Below, piece after piece: positions 9,532-20,168 of a stretch of 47,605 nt of DNA (its first letter is position 1; the number at the start of each line of letters is the position of its first letter). Both the position numbers and the translations under genes were made by a program. The notes beneath the pieces are model-generated. The model worked only from the letters and a program-made list of their open reading frames with translations, was not told the origin of the DNA and made no database searches. The stretch covers positions 1-47,605 of the forward strand of contig JAFGGO010000045.1 of the NCBI GenBank assembly GCA_016930515.1, given 5' to 3'. The stretch is from Promethearchaeota archaeon. Its GTDB lineage: Archaea; Asgardarchaeota; Lokiarchaeia; Sigyniarchaeales; SOKP01.

Positions 9532-11862
9532 TTAATTGCTCTCAATATCCATGTTTTGCATATCAAGCAGGTGCTTATATACACCATTGGGAATGGCAAG
9601 GAGTTCATCGTGGGTTCCTTTTTCAATGAATCCCTTGGCCTCTTTATCCACGACAAGAATAAGATCTGCGTTTCTAATCGTGGAAAGCCTGTGAGCAATA
9701 ATGATAGTCGTGCGACCTTTTCGAGCTTTATTTAAAGCATCTTGAATCAATGTCTCCGTGTAAGGATCGACGGAAGAGGTTGCCTCGTCCAGAATAAGGA
9801 TTTTAGGATCGGTTATGAGTGCTCTAGCAAATGCGATGAGTTGCCTTTGGCCGATAGAAATATTAGATGCGTTTTCGTGAAGGATAGTTTCAAAACCTTC
9901 TGGTTGGGACATGATGAAATTATATAAACCAAGAAATTTCGAAATATCCAACATTTTACGTTCGATTTCATCATCAATAGCATCCAAACCATAAAGAAGG
10001 TTTTCCCTAATAGTGCCCTTGAATAAAAACGAATCTTGAGGTACTAATCCGATATTTTTTCGAAGGTCGTTTTTTGTAATATCTCGAATATCATTGCCAT
10101 CAATAGCGATTTTTCCTTTATTCACATCGTAAAAACGAGCAATTAATTTTATCATTGTTGTTTTTCCCGCTCCAGTTTCTCCGACAATAGCAATTGTATT
10201 ACCCCCTTCAATTGAAAGATCAAGATTTTTTAATATGAATCCTATCGAATTTTCGTGTTCAATCATAACTCTCTCTTCTTCAATACAATCTTGCACCATT
10301 TTTGGGAAAGAATTAAATTCTTCTTTTGGGATAGAAAGTTGGGCGATCATTCTGGCGAGCTGTCGCGATTTCATTTCATCGGGAGATCCCATTTGGCCCA
10401 TACTCGCACCACCTTCACCAGAGGGTGCCCTATTGCTTGCAGGAGACTTTTGAAGTGATTCCCTACGAACTAGTGATTTTTCTAGTTTATTAATAATGCT
10501 CTCAACCAATTGTGGGTTATAATCAATTTTTGATTGAAAACCATTCTTTAAACTACCATTCATTGCGGAAACAGTTTGGAATTTCGACCATCTTGCTTTA
10601 TTGGTTGATTTGTTCAAATGGATTTTCTTTTTTGCGTTATTTTTTTCGTCATATATGAAATTCTTCAATTCAGTATTCAAATTATCGAGTCTATATCCGA
10701 AACTTACATCCTGGAACCTTATGTTTCCCTTAATGTCTTTAAGTAAAATAAGATTAGCAGGATCGGGCAAATCGGTTGTTTCTTCTAGTATTCCATAGAT
10801 CCTATCAGAAGCCGCCATTGCAGATTCTATAATATTTTGAATTTGCATTAATGTCATAAACGGTTGAAAAAATTGAGAAAGATATGTTATAAAAGCCGAA
10901 AGAATTCCAATCGAAACGATCGTTCCAAAAAAATTGATCCCATTAATGTAAGCAAAACCCCCTAAAGTTAAGATTGAAGCCGTAAGAATTTGAGTGGTGA
11001 GCTGCATGAGAGGAAAGAAAGTTGAGAAGGTTTTTCTAACCTTAAAGTTTGCTTGATAATTTTCTTCGTTTGCCTTAGTGAATTCTTGGCTCGCTTTATC
11101 CGCTTGGTTGTAGGCTTGTATGACTTTCGCTCCAGCTACATTTTCTTGAATTGAAGTAGTAACTTTACTGATTGTCTTACGAGTCTCTTTAAAATCGCCA
11201 CTTACCTTTTTTTTGAAAAGCTTGAAGAAACCAAGAAAAAGTGGGAAGGCTATCATGCTAAATGCGGCTAAAAGCACATTAGCTATAAACATGAATGATA
11301 TACTAAGCCCAAGAGCGATCACGCTCGTTATTATTTGGGTTATTTGCCCCGAGACTAATAAATTCACTTGATCGACATCATTCGTTAAAATTGAAATTAT
11401 TTCTCCACTGCGCTTGCGATCAAAATACGCCATTGACATTGTTTGGAGTTTATCAAATAGATCATTTCGGATTCCATAGGTTATATCCTGTCCAAGCTTG
11501 TTTATACCAAAAGTGCCGAAATAATTAGCAAATATGACGCATATCATCAAGGAGGAATATAAAATACTCATGTATAATATGATAATGGGATCTCTACCGA
11601 TAATTCCTTGATTTATTAAAAACGCAATTAACAAGGGATTAGCAGAAAACACGATCGTGCCAAATATGATGAAAAGAAAATAAAAAGCGAATTTTCGCTT
11701 TTGAGGGAGCAAGTAAGAAAAAATCCAACGCCAAAGAATTCCTCGCGAATGTTCTATCTTAGCCTTTTCTCCAAATAAATGTGGAGGGCCTCGTTGACCC
11801 GCATGATGCACTTTAATTACTGGTTCTTCTGGAATTTCTTTCTTTTTTTTAAGTTCGCTGAT
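9532..11862 (-). CDS. ABC exporter half-transporter (TMD+NBD), consensus-site subunit, with a ~150-aa NBD insertion
   Basis: GETGAGKT, LDEATS, IAHRLS, signature ISIGQ. The ORF track starts at GTG 11811; an SD-spaced in-frame ATC at 11862 is proposed as the start. Confidence 0.9.
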   Translation of the reverse strand: MSELKKKKEIPEEPVIKVHHAGQRGPPHLFGEKAKIEHSRGILWRWIFSYLLPQKRKFAFYFLFIIFGTIVFSANPLLIAFLINQGIIGRDPIIILYMSILYSSLMICVIFANYFGTFGINKLGQDITYGIRNDLFDKLQTMSMAYFDRKRSGEIISILTNDVDQVNLLVSGQITQIITSVIALGLSISFMFIANVLLAAFSMIAFPLFLGFFKLFKKKVSGDFKETRKTISKVTTSIQENVAGAKVIQAYNQADKASQEFTKANEENYQANFKVRKTFSTFFPLMQLTTQILTASILTLGGFAYINGINFFGTIVSIGILSAFITYLSQFFQPFMTLMQIQNIIESAMAASDRIYGILEETTDLPDPANLILLKDIKGNIRFQDVSFGYRLDNLNTELKNFIYDEKNNAKKKIHLNKSTNKARWSKFQTVSAMNGSLKNGFQSKIDYNPQLVESIINKLEKSLVRRESLQKSPASNRAPSGEGGASMGQMGSPDEMKSRQLARMIAQLSIPKEEFNSFPKMVQDCIEEERVMIEHENSIGFILKNLDLSIEGGNTIAIVGETGAGKTTMIKLIARFYDVNKGKIAIDGNDIRDITKNDLRKNIGLVPQDSFLFKGTIRENLLYGLDAIDDEIERKMLDISKFLGLYNFIMSQPEGFETILHENASNISIGQRQLIAFARALITDPKILILDEATSSVDPYTETLIQDALNKARKGRTTIIIAHRLSTIRNADLILVVDKEAKGFIEKGTHDELLAIPNGVYKHLLDMQNMDIESN

Positions 11863-11886
11863 AATTATTTCACTTGTTTTTATAAT

Positions 11887-13665
11887 TTAAAGCGATTTAA
11901 TGTCCTTTTTTTGTTTTAATTGAAGAGTTTCAAAAATTTGGCGATATAAGGGATTTGCGTTTCCATTTTTACCATTATATAACTCATCGTGAGTTCCAAG
12001 ACCAACAATGCGACCTTTATCTAATACCATAATTACATCAGCATTTCTAATTGTTGATATGCGCTGGGTAATGATAAAAGTTGTTGTATTTTTCATTACT
12101 CTCTCGAGTGCTTGTTGTATTTGATATTCCGTTTCTACATCGACGCTACTTGTAGAATCGTCTAATATCAAGATTTTAGGTTCAATAAGAAGTGCTCGTG
12201 CGATGGATAACCTTTGTTTTTGACCACCAGAAAGGTTCATTCCCCTCTCTCCGACCATTGTTTCGTACTTTTCAGGGAGGTTTTCAATAAAATCTCTAAT
12301 GCCCGCAATTTCTGCAACATTTTCGATGTTCTCCATATTCGCGGAGTCTTTCCCAAAAGCTATATTTTGCTTGATTGATTTATCGAATAAATATGTGTCT
12401 TGAGACACAATTCCGATGTGTCTCCTAAGATTGTTAATTTTATATTTACGAACATCGATTTTGTCGATTAGTATCCTTCCCTTCTTTACATCGTAAAATC
12501 TTGGTAATAAATTGATGATAGTAGATTTTCCCGAGCCAGTAGTACCAAGAATGGCAACTTTCTGACCAGGAGAGATATGAAAATTCATATCATTTAAGAT
12601 AAGATTCGTTTGAGTATATCCAAACGAGACGTGGTCAAAAACAATGTCTCCGTTTATTGATTCTTTTGTAATGGGATTTGGATCCTCAAGAATATCTGGA
12701 GTAGATTCAAGAACTTCGCGTATGCGATTAAGCGCGGCATCAGCTTGAACATACATTATAAAAATGTTGCCCAACATTACTAAGGGAAAGATCGCCATGG
12801 CAATATAACTTTGAAATGTAATAAGAAGCGCCAAAGACATTTCGCTATTGAGAATAAGAGCCCCACCAAAATATAGTGTTAAAATAATCATCAATCCCAA
12901 GAGCAGGATATTTAAAGGCATAAAAAAACTGTTATATTTCGCAGAGAGTATAGATATATCGCGAAACCTCATATTATTCTCTGAAAATTTCTTAAATTCC
13001 TTTTTTTGGGTGCCAAACATTCGCACTACTTGCGCACCTACGATATTTTCTCGTATCGTATTAGTCAAATCCCCAAATGCTTCCCGGCTTTCTTTATAAA
13101 TTGGCTTGAGTTTTTTCGTAATAAAAAGGGACCCAATCACGGAAAGTGGAATGCAAATTGTCAAGATCCAAGCGAGATTGGGTTGAACAGACCATGTAGC
13201 AATATTGACACCTATCAGTTGTAAAACACCCATAATGCCCAATACCAGCCCCATACCGAATATTCCTTCTGTTTGTTCGACATCCGAAGTAGCTCGTGCA
13301 ATTAATTGACCCGTTTCGTATTTATCAAAATAACTGTAAGATTGTCTATAAATAGCGCCGTGAATATCCTGTCGAATATAGAATATGGCTCTAGCTGCGA
13401 TTTTTGCGCCTGAAATACGGGCACCACGACTAATAAAATAAGCAACAACACCAAGAATGGTGATAATGATTAAATTAATAATCAAGTTAAATTGAGTGGC
13501 TTGTTGTTCCTTTGGAAGATTTGGATCTAGTTGCCCTACTAAATTTCCAATAAATATTGGAATGAATAGTCCAAATATGGTGGCAATCATTTGAAATAAA
13601 ACATATTTCACAAAACGCTTTCGAGAGTAAAGCCAGTATTTAAAAATCATGTGCAATGAATTCAT
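11887..13665 (-). CDS. ABC exporter half-transporter, degenerate-site subunit (TM287/288-type heterodimer)
   Basis: GTTGSGKS, LSGGQ, degenerate Walker B LDDSTS and switch TQR; ATG 13665 follows GGAAGTAA. Confidence 0.9.
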   Translation of the reverse strand: MNSLHMIFKYWLYSRKRFVKYVLFQMIATIFGLFIPIFIGNLVGQLDPNLPKEQQATQFNLIINLIIITILGVVAYFISRGARISGAKIAARAIFYIRQDIHGAIYRQSYSYFDKYETGQLIARATSDVEQTEGIFGMGLVLGIMGVLQLIGVNIATWSVQPNLAWILTICIPLSVIGSLFITKKLKPIYKESREAFGDLTNTIRENIVGAQVVRMFGTQKKEFKKFSENNMRFRDISILSAKYNSFFMPLNILLLGLMIILTLYFGGALILNSEMSLALLITFQSYIAMAIFPLVMLGNIFIMYVQADAALNRIREVLESTPDILEDPNPITKESINGDIVFDHVSFGYTQTNLILNDMNFHISPGQKVAILGTTGSGKSTIINLLPRFYDVKKGRILIDKIDVRKYKINNLRRHIGIVSQDTYLFDKSIKQNIAFGKDSANMENIENVAEIAGIRDFIENLPEKYETMVGERGMNLSGGQKQRLSIARALLIEPKILILDDSTSSVDVETEYQIQQALERVMKNTTTFIITQRISTIRNADVIMVLDKGRIVGLGTHDELYNGKNGNANPLYRQIFETLQLKQKKDIKSL

Positions 13666-13734
13666 TAAATTACTTCCAATTAATCTTATAACTATGTATT
13701 CAAAATTATGATTCACAGATAAAATTAATTGCTA

Positions 13735-14598
13735 TCATTCATAAGAATCGTTTTTAGCATTTCTGAAAAATAAATCTGGCGTCAATTCTGCCTCTGGAAC
13801 AAATGAATATTTCTGGAATTCTGTTATTCCCCCCTCTTTAAGAACATCCTCGTCTATGAAGAAATTCCCCGTAAATTCACGACTTGATTTGGTTATAATC
13901 ATATACGCCGCATCAGCAACGATTTCTGGTTTTCTCGAGTGTTTCATTGCTGTTTCCCCACCTAATAAGTTTTTTACAGCAGAAGTAGCAATAGTTGTCT
14001 TAGGCCATAGAGCGTTTACACCAATACCAAACCTTTTAAATTCCTCTGCTAATCCCAAAACGCACATGGACATTCCAAATTTTGACATTGTGTAAGCCAA
14101 CGAACTTGCAAACCAAGTAGGTTCCATCACGAGTGGTGGCGATAGAACCAAAATATGTGGATTATCAGATCTTTTCAAATGGGGAATGCATAATTTAGAA
14201 CAGAGAAAAGTACCCCTAACATTTATATCAAACATTAAATCAAAACGCTTCATAGATGTTCCTAAGGTAGGGGTTAGGCTAATGGCACTTGCGTTGTTTA
14301 CGAGAACATCTATTTTTCCAAATTTCTTAATTGTTGCATCAATGGCTTGTTGTAATTGGTCTTCAAAACGAATGTCAACTATACATGGAATAGCATCACC
14401 ACCCACACTCTTAATATCCTCTACGGCAGTAAATACAGTACCTGGAAGTTTTGGATGTGGTTCGCTCGTTTTTCCAATAACCGCAATCTTGGCCCCATCT
14501 CTTGCACATCTCATGGCAATCGCTTTTCCTATTCCCCTACTAGCCCCTGTTATAAATATAACCTTGTTTTTTAAGCTGATGATTATCTCACCTCGCAT
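13735..14598 (-). CDS. Short-chain dehydrogenase, HSDL2-like
   Basis: ITGASRGIG, EPHPKLPGTV, NNASAI, YTMSK, VNALWP; probable true start ATC at 14580 (MSLKNK). Confidence 0.9.
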   Translation of the reverse strand: MRGEIIISLKNKVIFITGASRGIGKAIAMRCARDGAKIAVIGKTSEPHPKLPGTVFTAVEDIKSVGGDAIPCIVDIRFEDQLQQAIDATIKKFGKIDVLVNNASAISLTPTLGTSMKRFDLMFDINVRGTFLCSKLCIPHLKRSDNPHILVLSPPLVMEPTWFASSLAYTMSKFGMSMCVLGLAEEFKRFGIGVNALWPKTTIATSAVKNLLGGETAMKHSRKPEIVADAAYMIITKSSREFTGNFFIDEDVLKEGGITEFQKYSFVPEAELTPDLFFRNAKNDSYE

Positions 14599-16091
14599 TC
14601 GCGAACGAGTTTCCCTTTTTCTGATAAGTTCATAACAACGACTTTCGGCCTGCTCATGGCCTCGATTGCATATTTAACGCCTTGGGTCCCCAAACCCGAG
14701 GATTTCGTACCCAAAAAAGGAAAGTGATCGGGCCCTCTCGAGCTCTGTCCGTTTATTTGAACGGTTCCAACTTGTAATTCTTGAGCAATATTAAAGGCGA
14801 GATCGATATTTTCGGTAAAAATCATTCCTTGAAGCCCGTATTCAGACTTGTTTGAAATATCTATTGCTTCCTGAACACTTTTCACGCGTATGAACGGTAA
14901 TACGGGACCAAAAGGTTCTTCCCAAGCAACTCTCATTTCAAGCGACACATTGTCTAAGATTGTAGGCCACATCAGATTTCCTTTTCTTTTATTTCCGCAA
15001 ATTATTTTTGCTCCTTTTTCCAAGGCATCGTCTATAAGCTCTTGTACATAATCACATTGTTTCGAACTAATTAGAGGGCCAATCGATTTATTTTTTGCGG
15101 GATCACCAACACTAAGTTGTAGAACTTGTTCGGTCACCCGTTCAATGAGGTGATTGGCGATTTGTGGCATTGGTAAAACTCGCTTTACTGCCGTGCACCT
15201 CTGTCCGCTATAGGAAAAAGCACCCTTCACAATCGCATTTACCGTCAATTCCAAGGAGGCGTCGTCGAGAACGATGGCCGCATCCTTGCCTCCAAGCTCT
15301 AAAAGCAAGGGTTTCATACCTGCTGATTTTGCAATGTGTTTTCCGGTTTCTGAAGACCCCGTAAAACTAATCATATCAATCAAAGGATGAGATGAGAGGT
15401 GGTCTCCAATTTCAGAACCATACCCCGTAATTGCGTTAAACACGCCATTGGGAACACCTGCTTTTTCCAAAATAACTCCAAAATGGAGCGCAGTGATGCT
15501 TCCTTGAGTGGACGGTTTCATAACTACGGAGTTTCCTGCCAATAAAGCCGGCGCTATCTTCGATCCCGTGAGGTTAAACGGATAGTTAAAGGGACCTATG
15601 CATAAAACGACGCCTAAAGGAACTCTATATGTCATTGATATTTTATCCCGGGCGGATTCGTCAAGAATGTCGCCCCTCATCGTTTCTCCGATCATTTGCG
15701 AAGCAGAATCTGCAGTGGCATTAAATATTTCGGCAGTTCGTTTTATCTCTGATATCGCACTATTCAGTGGTTTTCCAATTTCCCTCATTAATAAATAACC
15801 TAAAGTATCTGCCCATTCAAGCATTATATTAGCGGTTTTCCGAAGAACATTGGCTCTTTCTTTAATTGAAATTTGTTCCCAACATTCGTAATTATCGTTC
15901 GCAACATGGATCATTTGGTCTACTTCTTGAATAGTACAAGCTTGAACAGATCCCACTACCTCGTTGTTGTAGGGATTTTTTATTTCTATTACATTTCCAG
16001 ATGATGATTTCTTCCATTCTCCATTGATATAATACTTGTATTCGCTTCCTTCTTTTATTTTAAGAGCATCGTTTATTTCTGTCATGATCAC
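14583..16091 (-). CDS. gapN: Non-phosphorylating NADP-dependent glyceraldehyde-3-phosphate dehydrogenase (ALDH family)
   Basis: PLGVVLCIGPFNYP, LELGGKD, FSYSGQRCTAVKRVL, WEEPFGPVLP, RGPDHFPFLG. Confidence 0.85.
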   Translation of the reverse strand: MIMTEINDALKIKEGSEYKYYINGEWKKSSSGNVIEIKNPYNNEVVGSVQACTIQEVDQMIHVANDNYECWEQISIKERANVLRKTANIMLEWADTLGYLLMREIGKPLNSAISEIKRTAEIFNATADSASQMIGETMRGDILDESARDKISMTYRVPLGVVLCIGPFNYPFNLTGSKIAPALLAGNSVVMKPSTQGSITALHFGVILEKAGVPNGVFNAITGYGSEIGDHLSSHPLIDMISFTGSSETGKHIAKSAGMKPLLLELGGKDAAIVLDDASLELTVNAIVKGAFSYSGQRCTAVKRVLPMPQIANHLIERVTEQVLQLSVGDPAKNKSIGPLISSKQCDYVQELIDDALEKGAKIICGNKRKGNLMWPTILDNVSLEMRVAWEEPFGPVLPFIRVKSVQEAIDISNKSEYGLQGMIFTENIDLAFNIAQELQVGTVQINGQSSRGPDHFPFLGTKSSGLGTQGVKYAIEAMSRPKVVVMNLSEKGKLVRECEVR

Positions 16092-16499
16092 TCACAATAA
16101 ACTTTTGAGATTTATTCTAAATGATTCGAACTTGGTTTTTAACTCTATGCGTAATAAGTTATAAACCGATTTTAATACAAAAATGAAAAGAAAATAATTT
16201 AGAAAAAACCAAGAATCAAAATAAATTCAGCCCACCTCATTCGATTAGATTTTTTAGCTTGTTTTTCTAGTTTTATCAGAAATAACTAAATTTAGATTTT
16301 CGAAAAATCCAAGAACAAATATAACAATTAAATAGTACAATTAAGTAGATACTTTTCTATTTGTTTTTCTCCATAATATTCCTTGATAGGCATAGAATTG
16401 TCAGTTTTTATTGATAAATAATTTAATTTTGTTATGATTTTCTATTTATTTCAGAAATATGAATTATTGTTGCGACTTCCTATAAGTCCCGTGAAAAAA

Positions 16500-16515
16500 G
16501 GGAAAGACTTAAATA
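16500..16515 (+). promoter_or_regulatory. Putative archaeal BRE/TATA promoter
   Basis: Purine-rich GGGAAAGA followed by TTAAATA, about 115 nt upstream of the gene. Confidence 0.45.
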
Positions 16516-16630
16516 TTGAAATTGTTATTAGAATAATGACAAGCTGAATGCAGGGGATGCATATCAGATACAAGCAGTATTACCCTAAAATCATTCAGAT
16601 AATTTATTTTTATAAGGATGTGACTTAAAA

Positions 16631-17806
16631 ATTACTCAAAATGTTTTCTTACTTGATGAACTTAAATACGACGCTCAAAGCGTGAATGTTACTTGTCCTA
16701 TTTGTCAAAAGAAAAAAAAATTTTATTTACCTCGAAACATTCTGAAAAAAAACGGTTTGACAACAATATCCATTCCTAAGGATACGGTCTGCACTCATCA
16801 TTTTCAAGCTTTCATTGATAAAGATCTGCAAGTACGTGGATATCAAAAAGTTGATTTTGAATTGCTTGGAGATTTTGATTCTACTTCTTTTCAATGCCAA
16901 CTATGTAACGCAGATATTAATTTCAAATTAAGCGATGAGAGTACCTATCTTAGCAAGGAGATCTTCCAACATTTCTTGGGTACTGAACTGTACTCAATCA
17001 AAGTTGCCCATTATAGCAATAACGAGTTACATGTTAATACTGTATTGGTAGAAGAAGATGGCACTATAAATAACATTTTAAATTCACATTCCGTTAAACT
17101 AGAGAATTACGAAAACAAGGAACTTATAGATCTGAAATTTTTCAAATTCAGCGAAGATAATCACAACATACTTGAAAAACACCCATTATTTGATTTATTT
17201 GTATTGTTTAATGTTTTCGATAATTGGATTTACGAACTTGTTTGCTTACCGGTCTTTAACTCCCTAGAACTCATCAACATTGTTCATAAAAAAATCCAAG
17301 AAGCAATAAGCATATATTCAAAAATTCCTTCTTACTTGAGTGTTTCGATCGCTGACAAGATTTTTCACTTATGGATAGATCAATCTAATGTTATTTGCGT
17401 GAATCTAAGAAACGAGCTTAACTTTCAATGGTTTAATCCTCTTGTCTCCGAATTTATTGATAGGGCTACTATGGAAGGAACATTGATTTCGAATTGTCCA
17501 AGATTTCTTTTAATTAGTGATTTTTTTCAAGGAAATCTGATTCCAGAAAATAAAATAACCATGATTAAAAGATTAATTAACGACGATCTTCTCTATTCAA
17601 GCGTGAGAGTTAAATATCCAGATCGAATTGAACGCATTTCAAATAAATTAATTGCGGAGTTTGGCATTTCAAAATCTTTTATTCTTGGATTTTTTTATCA
17701 AGACAAGAATATCATAGATTTCATTAAACTATCTGAAAAAAAGGATAAATTTGAAGATTTCATTGAAATGATCGATTACATAAATAGAAGAAAATTATTA
17801 GAATAA
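16631..17806 (+). CDS. Hypothetical protein with two N-terminal Cys/His zinc-finger-like modules
   Basis: CPIC...CTHHFQAFID...VRGYQKVDFE and CQLC...H...H; the ORF track starts at GTG 16682; SD-spaced ATT at 16631. Confidence 0.7.
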   Translation: MTQNVFLLDELKYDAQSVNVTCPICQKKKKFYLPRNILKKNGLTTISIPKDTVCTHHFQAFIDKDLQVRGYQKVDFELLGDFDSTSFQCQLCNADINFKLSDESTYLSKEIFQHFLGTELYSIKVAHYSNNELHVNTVLVEEDGTINNILNSHSVKLENYENKELIDLKFFKFSEDNHNILEKHPLFDLFVLFNVFDNWIYELVCLPVFNSLELINIVHKKIQEAISIYSKIPSYLSVSIADKIFHLWIDQSNVICVNLRNELNFQWFNPLVSEFIDRATMEGTLISNCPRFLLISDFFQGNLIPENKITMIKRLINDDLLYSSVRVKYPDRIERISNKLIAEFGISKSFILGFFYQDKNIIDFIKLSEKKDKFEDFIEMIDYINRRKLLE

Positions 17807-17832
17807 AAATTTAAAATAGAGGTGAGAAGAAC

Positions 17833-18867
17833 ACGAAAGGAAGAATAAAAGCGTGGTCAGAATTGTTGAAGCTTGGATTTGCAAGTAAGCTTAGCAAGGA
17901 AACCAACTTGTTTTATAAGAATATCGTTGTCGAAGTATTGCAAAGGGAAGGGTGGTTTTCTTTTCTTGAAGAACCAAGAAGCCTCGAAGATATTGCTAAC
18001 AAATTTGATTATACCGACAAGGATTACTTAAAAGAAATTCTTGATGCTTTATTATCGGATGATACGATTACTTTTAAGGAAGATAGGTATAAAACAAATG
18101 GAGCTATCGATATAGTGGATGTAAAACCACAAATATTTAACGAGTCTATAATGGATTACTCGAGAGGGTATGCGAAATCTATTCCCGAAAGACTCCGGGG
18201 TAAATATCATTTGGTCACCACGGGCTATAACCTATTTAACATGGATGATGCATTATCCCTTCAAATGTATAAAACAATGAGGAGAAGTGCCTTCGCTTTT
18301 GGGAATGTCGTTAACTTAAAAGGTAAATTCCTCGATATTGGCTGTGGGAACGGTATTGGGACGGCAGACATCTGGACCTTGTACTTCGAAAACAACTATT
18401 TCAATCACCATAAACAAATAGAAATTTATGGTATTGATGTTAACAGCGACATGTTAAAAATTGCAGAAGAAGAGTTTCCATTAAAGATTAAAAACATTCT
18501 ATCGCTTTCCAACGAGGCGATTAAGCAATACGAAGGAAAATTTCCAAAACTTAAGGAAGGAACGGCAATTGAAATCCCTTTCGAAGACAATTATTTTGAC
18601 ATCGTCTACATCTCTCAAGTATTACATTGGACGGATCCAAGAAAAGCCATAAAAGAGATGTATCGCGTTGTAAAACCTGGAGGAATAGTCTTTGGAACAT
18701 CGATTCTAAGACCAATGGCAAACGAATATCTCCACGTGAATATGAAAACAGTGCAAGGCGCTCACGGATTTTTCACCAAAAAAGAAATGAAGACATGGAT
18801 AAAGGAAGCGGGCTTTAAAGAAATGTCGTTTTCGACACCCTTAACGATTTTCAAATTAGTGAAATAA
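17833..18867 (+). CDS. Class I SAM-dependent methyltransferase with N-terminal wHTH/dimerisation domain
   Basis: FLDIGCGNG, GIDVN, PFEDNYFD, EMYRVVKPGG; the ORF track starts at TTG 17863; SD GAGGTGA + 7 nt + ACG at 17833. Confidence 0.9.
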   Translation, partial: TKGRIKAWSELLKLGFASKLSKETNLFYKNIVVEVLQREGWFSFLEEPRSLEDIANKFDYTDKDYLKEILDALLSDDTITFKEDRYKTNGAIDIVDVKPQIFNESIMDYSRGYAKSIPERLRGKYHLVTTGYNLFNMDDALSLQMYKTMRRSAFAFGNVVNLKGKFLDIGCGNGIGTADIWTLYFENNYFNHHKQIEIYGIDVNSDMLKIAEEEFPLKIKNILSLSNEAIKQYEGKFPKLKEGTAIEIPFEDNYFDIVYISQVLHWTDPRKAIKEMYRVVKPGGIVFGTSILRPMANEYLHVNMKTVQGAHGFFTKKEMKTWIKEAGFKEMSFSTPLTIFKLVK

Positions 18868-19112
18868 CTAAATTTTTTTATCATTTTTTAATTAAATAAC
18901 GAGGAAATTTACTGCATCAGTTATTTGATCAAGGTTTATCTTATGTATTTTATTTTTGCTGGCTTTTTAATAATATCGTAATTTTTAAAAACCTTCATTT
19001 TATCTTCAACCTAATATAAATTTTTATAAGTCTTAGGATCTAAAATAAAAAAGAAGGACTATTATGCATTATTTGAATTATAAATAATTATTCAAAAAAA
19101 GTGAAGATAAAA

Positions 19113-20141
19113 ATGTTTGATAAATCGTTTTGTGCGTCTTGTGAAGGGATTGACTGCTTGATGAATTGTCAATGGATAGATTTTAACGGCATTGACGATG
19201 CTCGTTTGGAAATGCAAAAACTAATCAACGAAGATGCAAATGGAAGAGTTCTACAAGAATGTATCGCTTGCTTTGGTTGCGATGAATATTGTCCTAATAA
19301 TTCCCATCCATTTGATTTGATTAACGAGCTCCAGGAAAAGCACAATCCATGGAATATGAATCCTGCTATGGTAAGTAAAATGATAGACATGTACGAACCT
19401 AAAAGAACTCTTGAAATTCGGGAAATAGATCCGACTAAACCCGTATTAAACAAGTGTGCTTTTCCGAAGGTCAATGGAAAGCAAATGAAAGGAAAAATGT
19501 TCGACAACCTTCAATCAGTTGGTGGATTACATTATTTCTGTAATTTAGTTTATCAACACGTTGCTAAACCGTCAGTTATAAAGGAAAGAGTCCCCATCGT
19601 TCTGGATAATTTTAAAAAAATTGGAGTACAAAAAAATACTGAAGTGATCTGTTGGCACGATGAGTGTTATGGGCTATATACCTCCTACTGCGAAAGAAAT
19701 GACTTGGAGGTCCCTTTTAAACCAGTTCATCTTTACGAGTATGTTTATAATTACTTAAAACAACACGAATCAGAGATTAAAAAGTTAAATCTTAAAATTG
19801 CGTATCAGCGAGGTTGTTCAAATAGATATATTCCTGAAACCGATAAGTGGTTGGATAAAGTATGCGAGCTAATCGGCGTTGAAAGAGTTGCGAGACAGTA
19901 CGATAAAGAACAGGCTTTATGTTGCGGAGGCGCATTTCCGTGGAAGGGTAAAAAAGAACTCTTAATCCCTACCCAAACGAAGAATATCGAAGACATGATT
20001 CAATATAGTGCAGAAGCGTGCGTGTTTAACTGTCCAGCGTGCAAGGAAACTCTCGAAAAACAGTTAACAGAAAAAGGAATAAAATCATACTTTATAAGCG
20101 ATTTAGCAAGGCTTGCCTTGGGAGAAAGTTTAGATTATTAA
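19113..20141 (+). CDS. Fe-S protein with CCG domain (HdrD/GlcF-related)
   Basis: CASC...CLMNC, CIACFGCDEYCP, LCCGG, NCPAC; ATG 19113 is 8 nt after GTGA. Confidence 0.8.
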   Translation: MFDKSFCASCEGIDCLMNCQWIDFNGIDDARLEMQKLINEDANGRVLQECIACFGCDEYCPNNSHPFDLINELQEKHNPWNMNPAMVSKMIDMYEPKRTLEIREIDPTKPVLNKCAFPKVNGKQMKGKMFDNLQSVGGLHYFCNLVYQHVAKPSVIKERVPIVLDNFKKIGVQKNTEVICWHDECYGLYTSYCERNDLEVPFKPVHLYEYVYNYLKQHESEIKKLNLKIAYQRGCSNRYIPETDKWLDKVCELIGVERVARQYDKEQALCCGGAFPWKGKKELLIPTQTKNIEDMIQYSAEACVFNCPACKETLEKQLTEKGIKSYFISDLARLALGESLDY

Positions 20142-20168
20142 TAATTAAATTCTTAAATTAGAAACACC

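Noticed and set aside
10240-10692. Intein in the ABC NBD
   Set aside because: No Cys/Ser start with His-Asn end, and no splicing blocks.
11860-11889. The two ABC half-transporter genes are in the same frame, separated by one TAA (possible fused transporter)
   Set aside because: A shared frame has a one-in-three chance, TAA is a strong stop, and the second gene has its own SD-like site.
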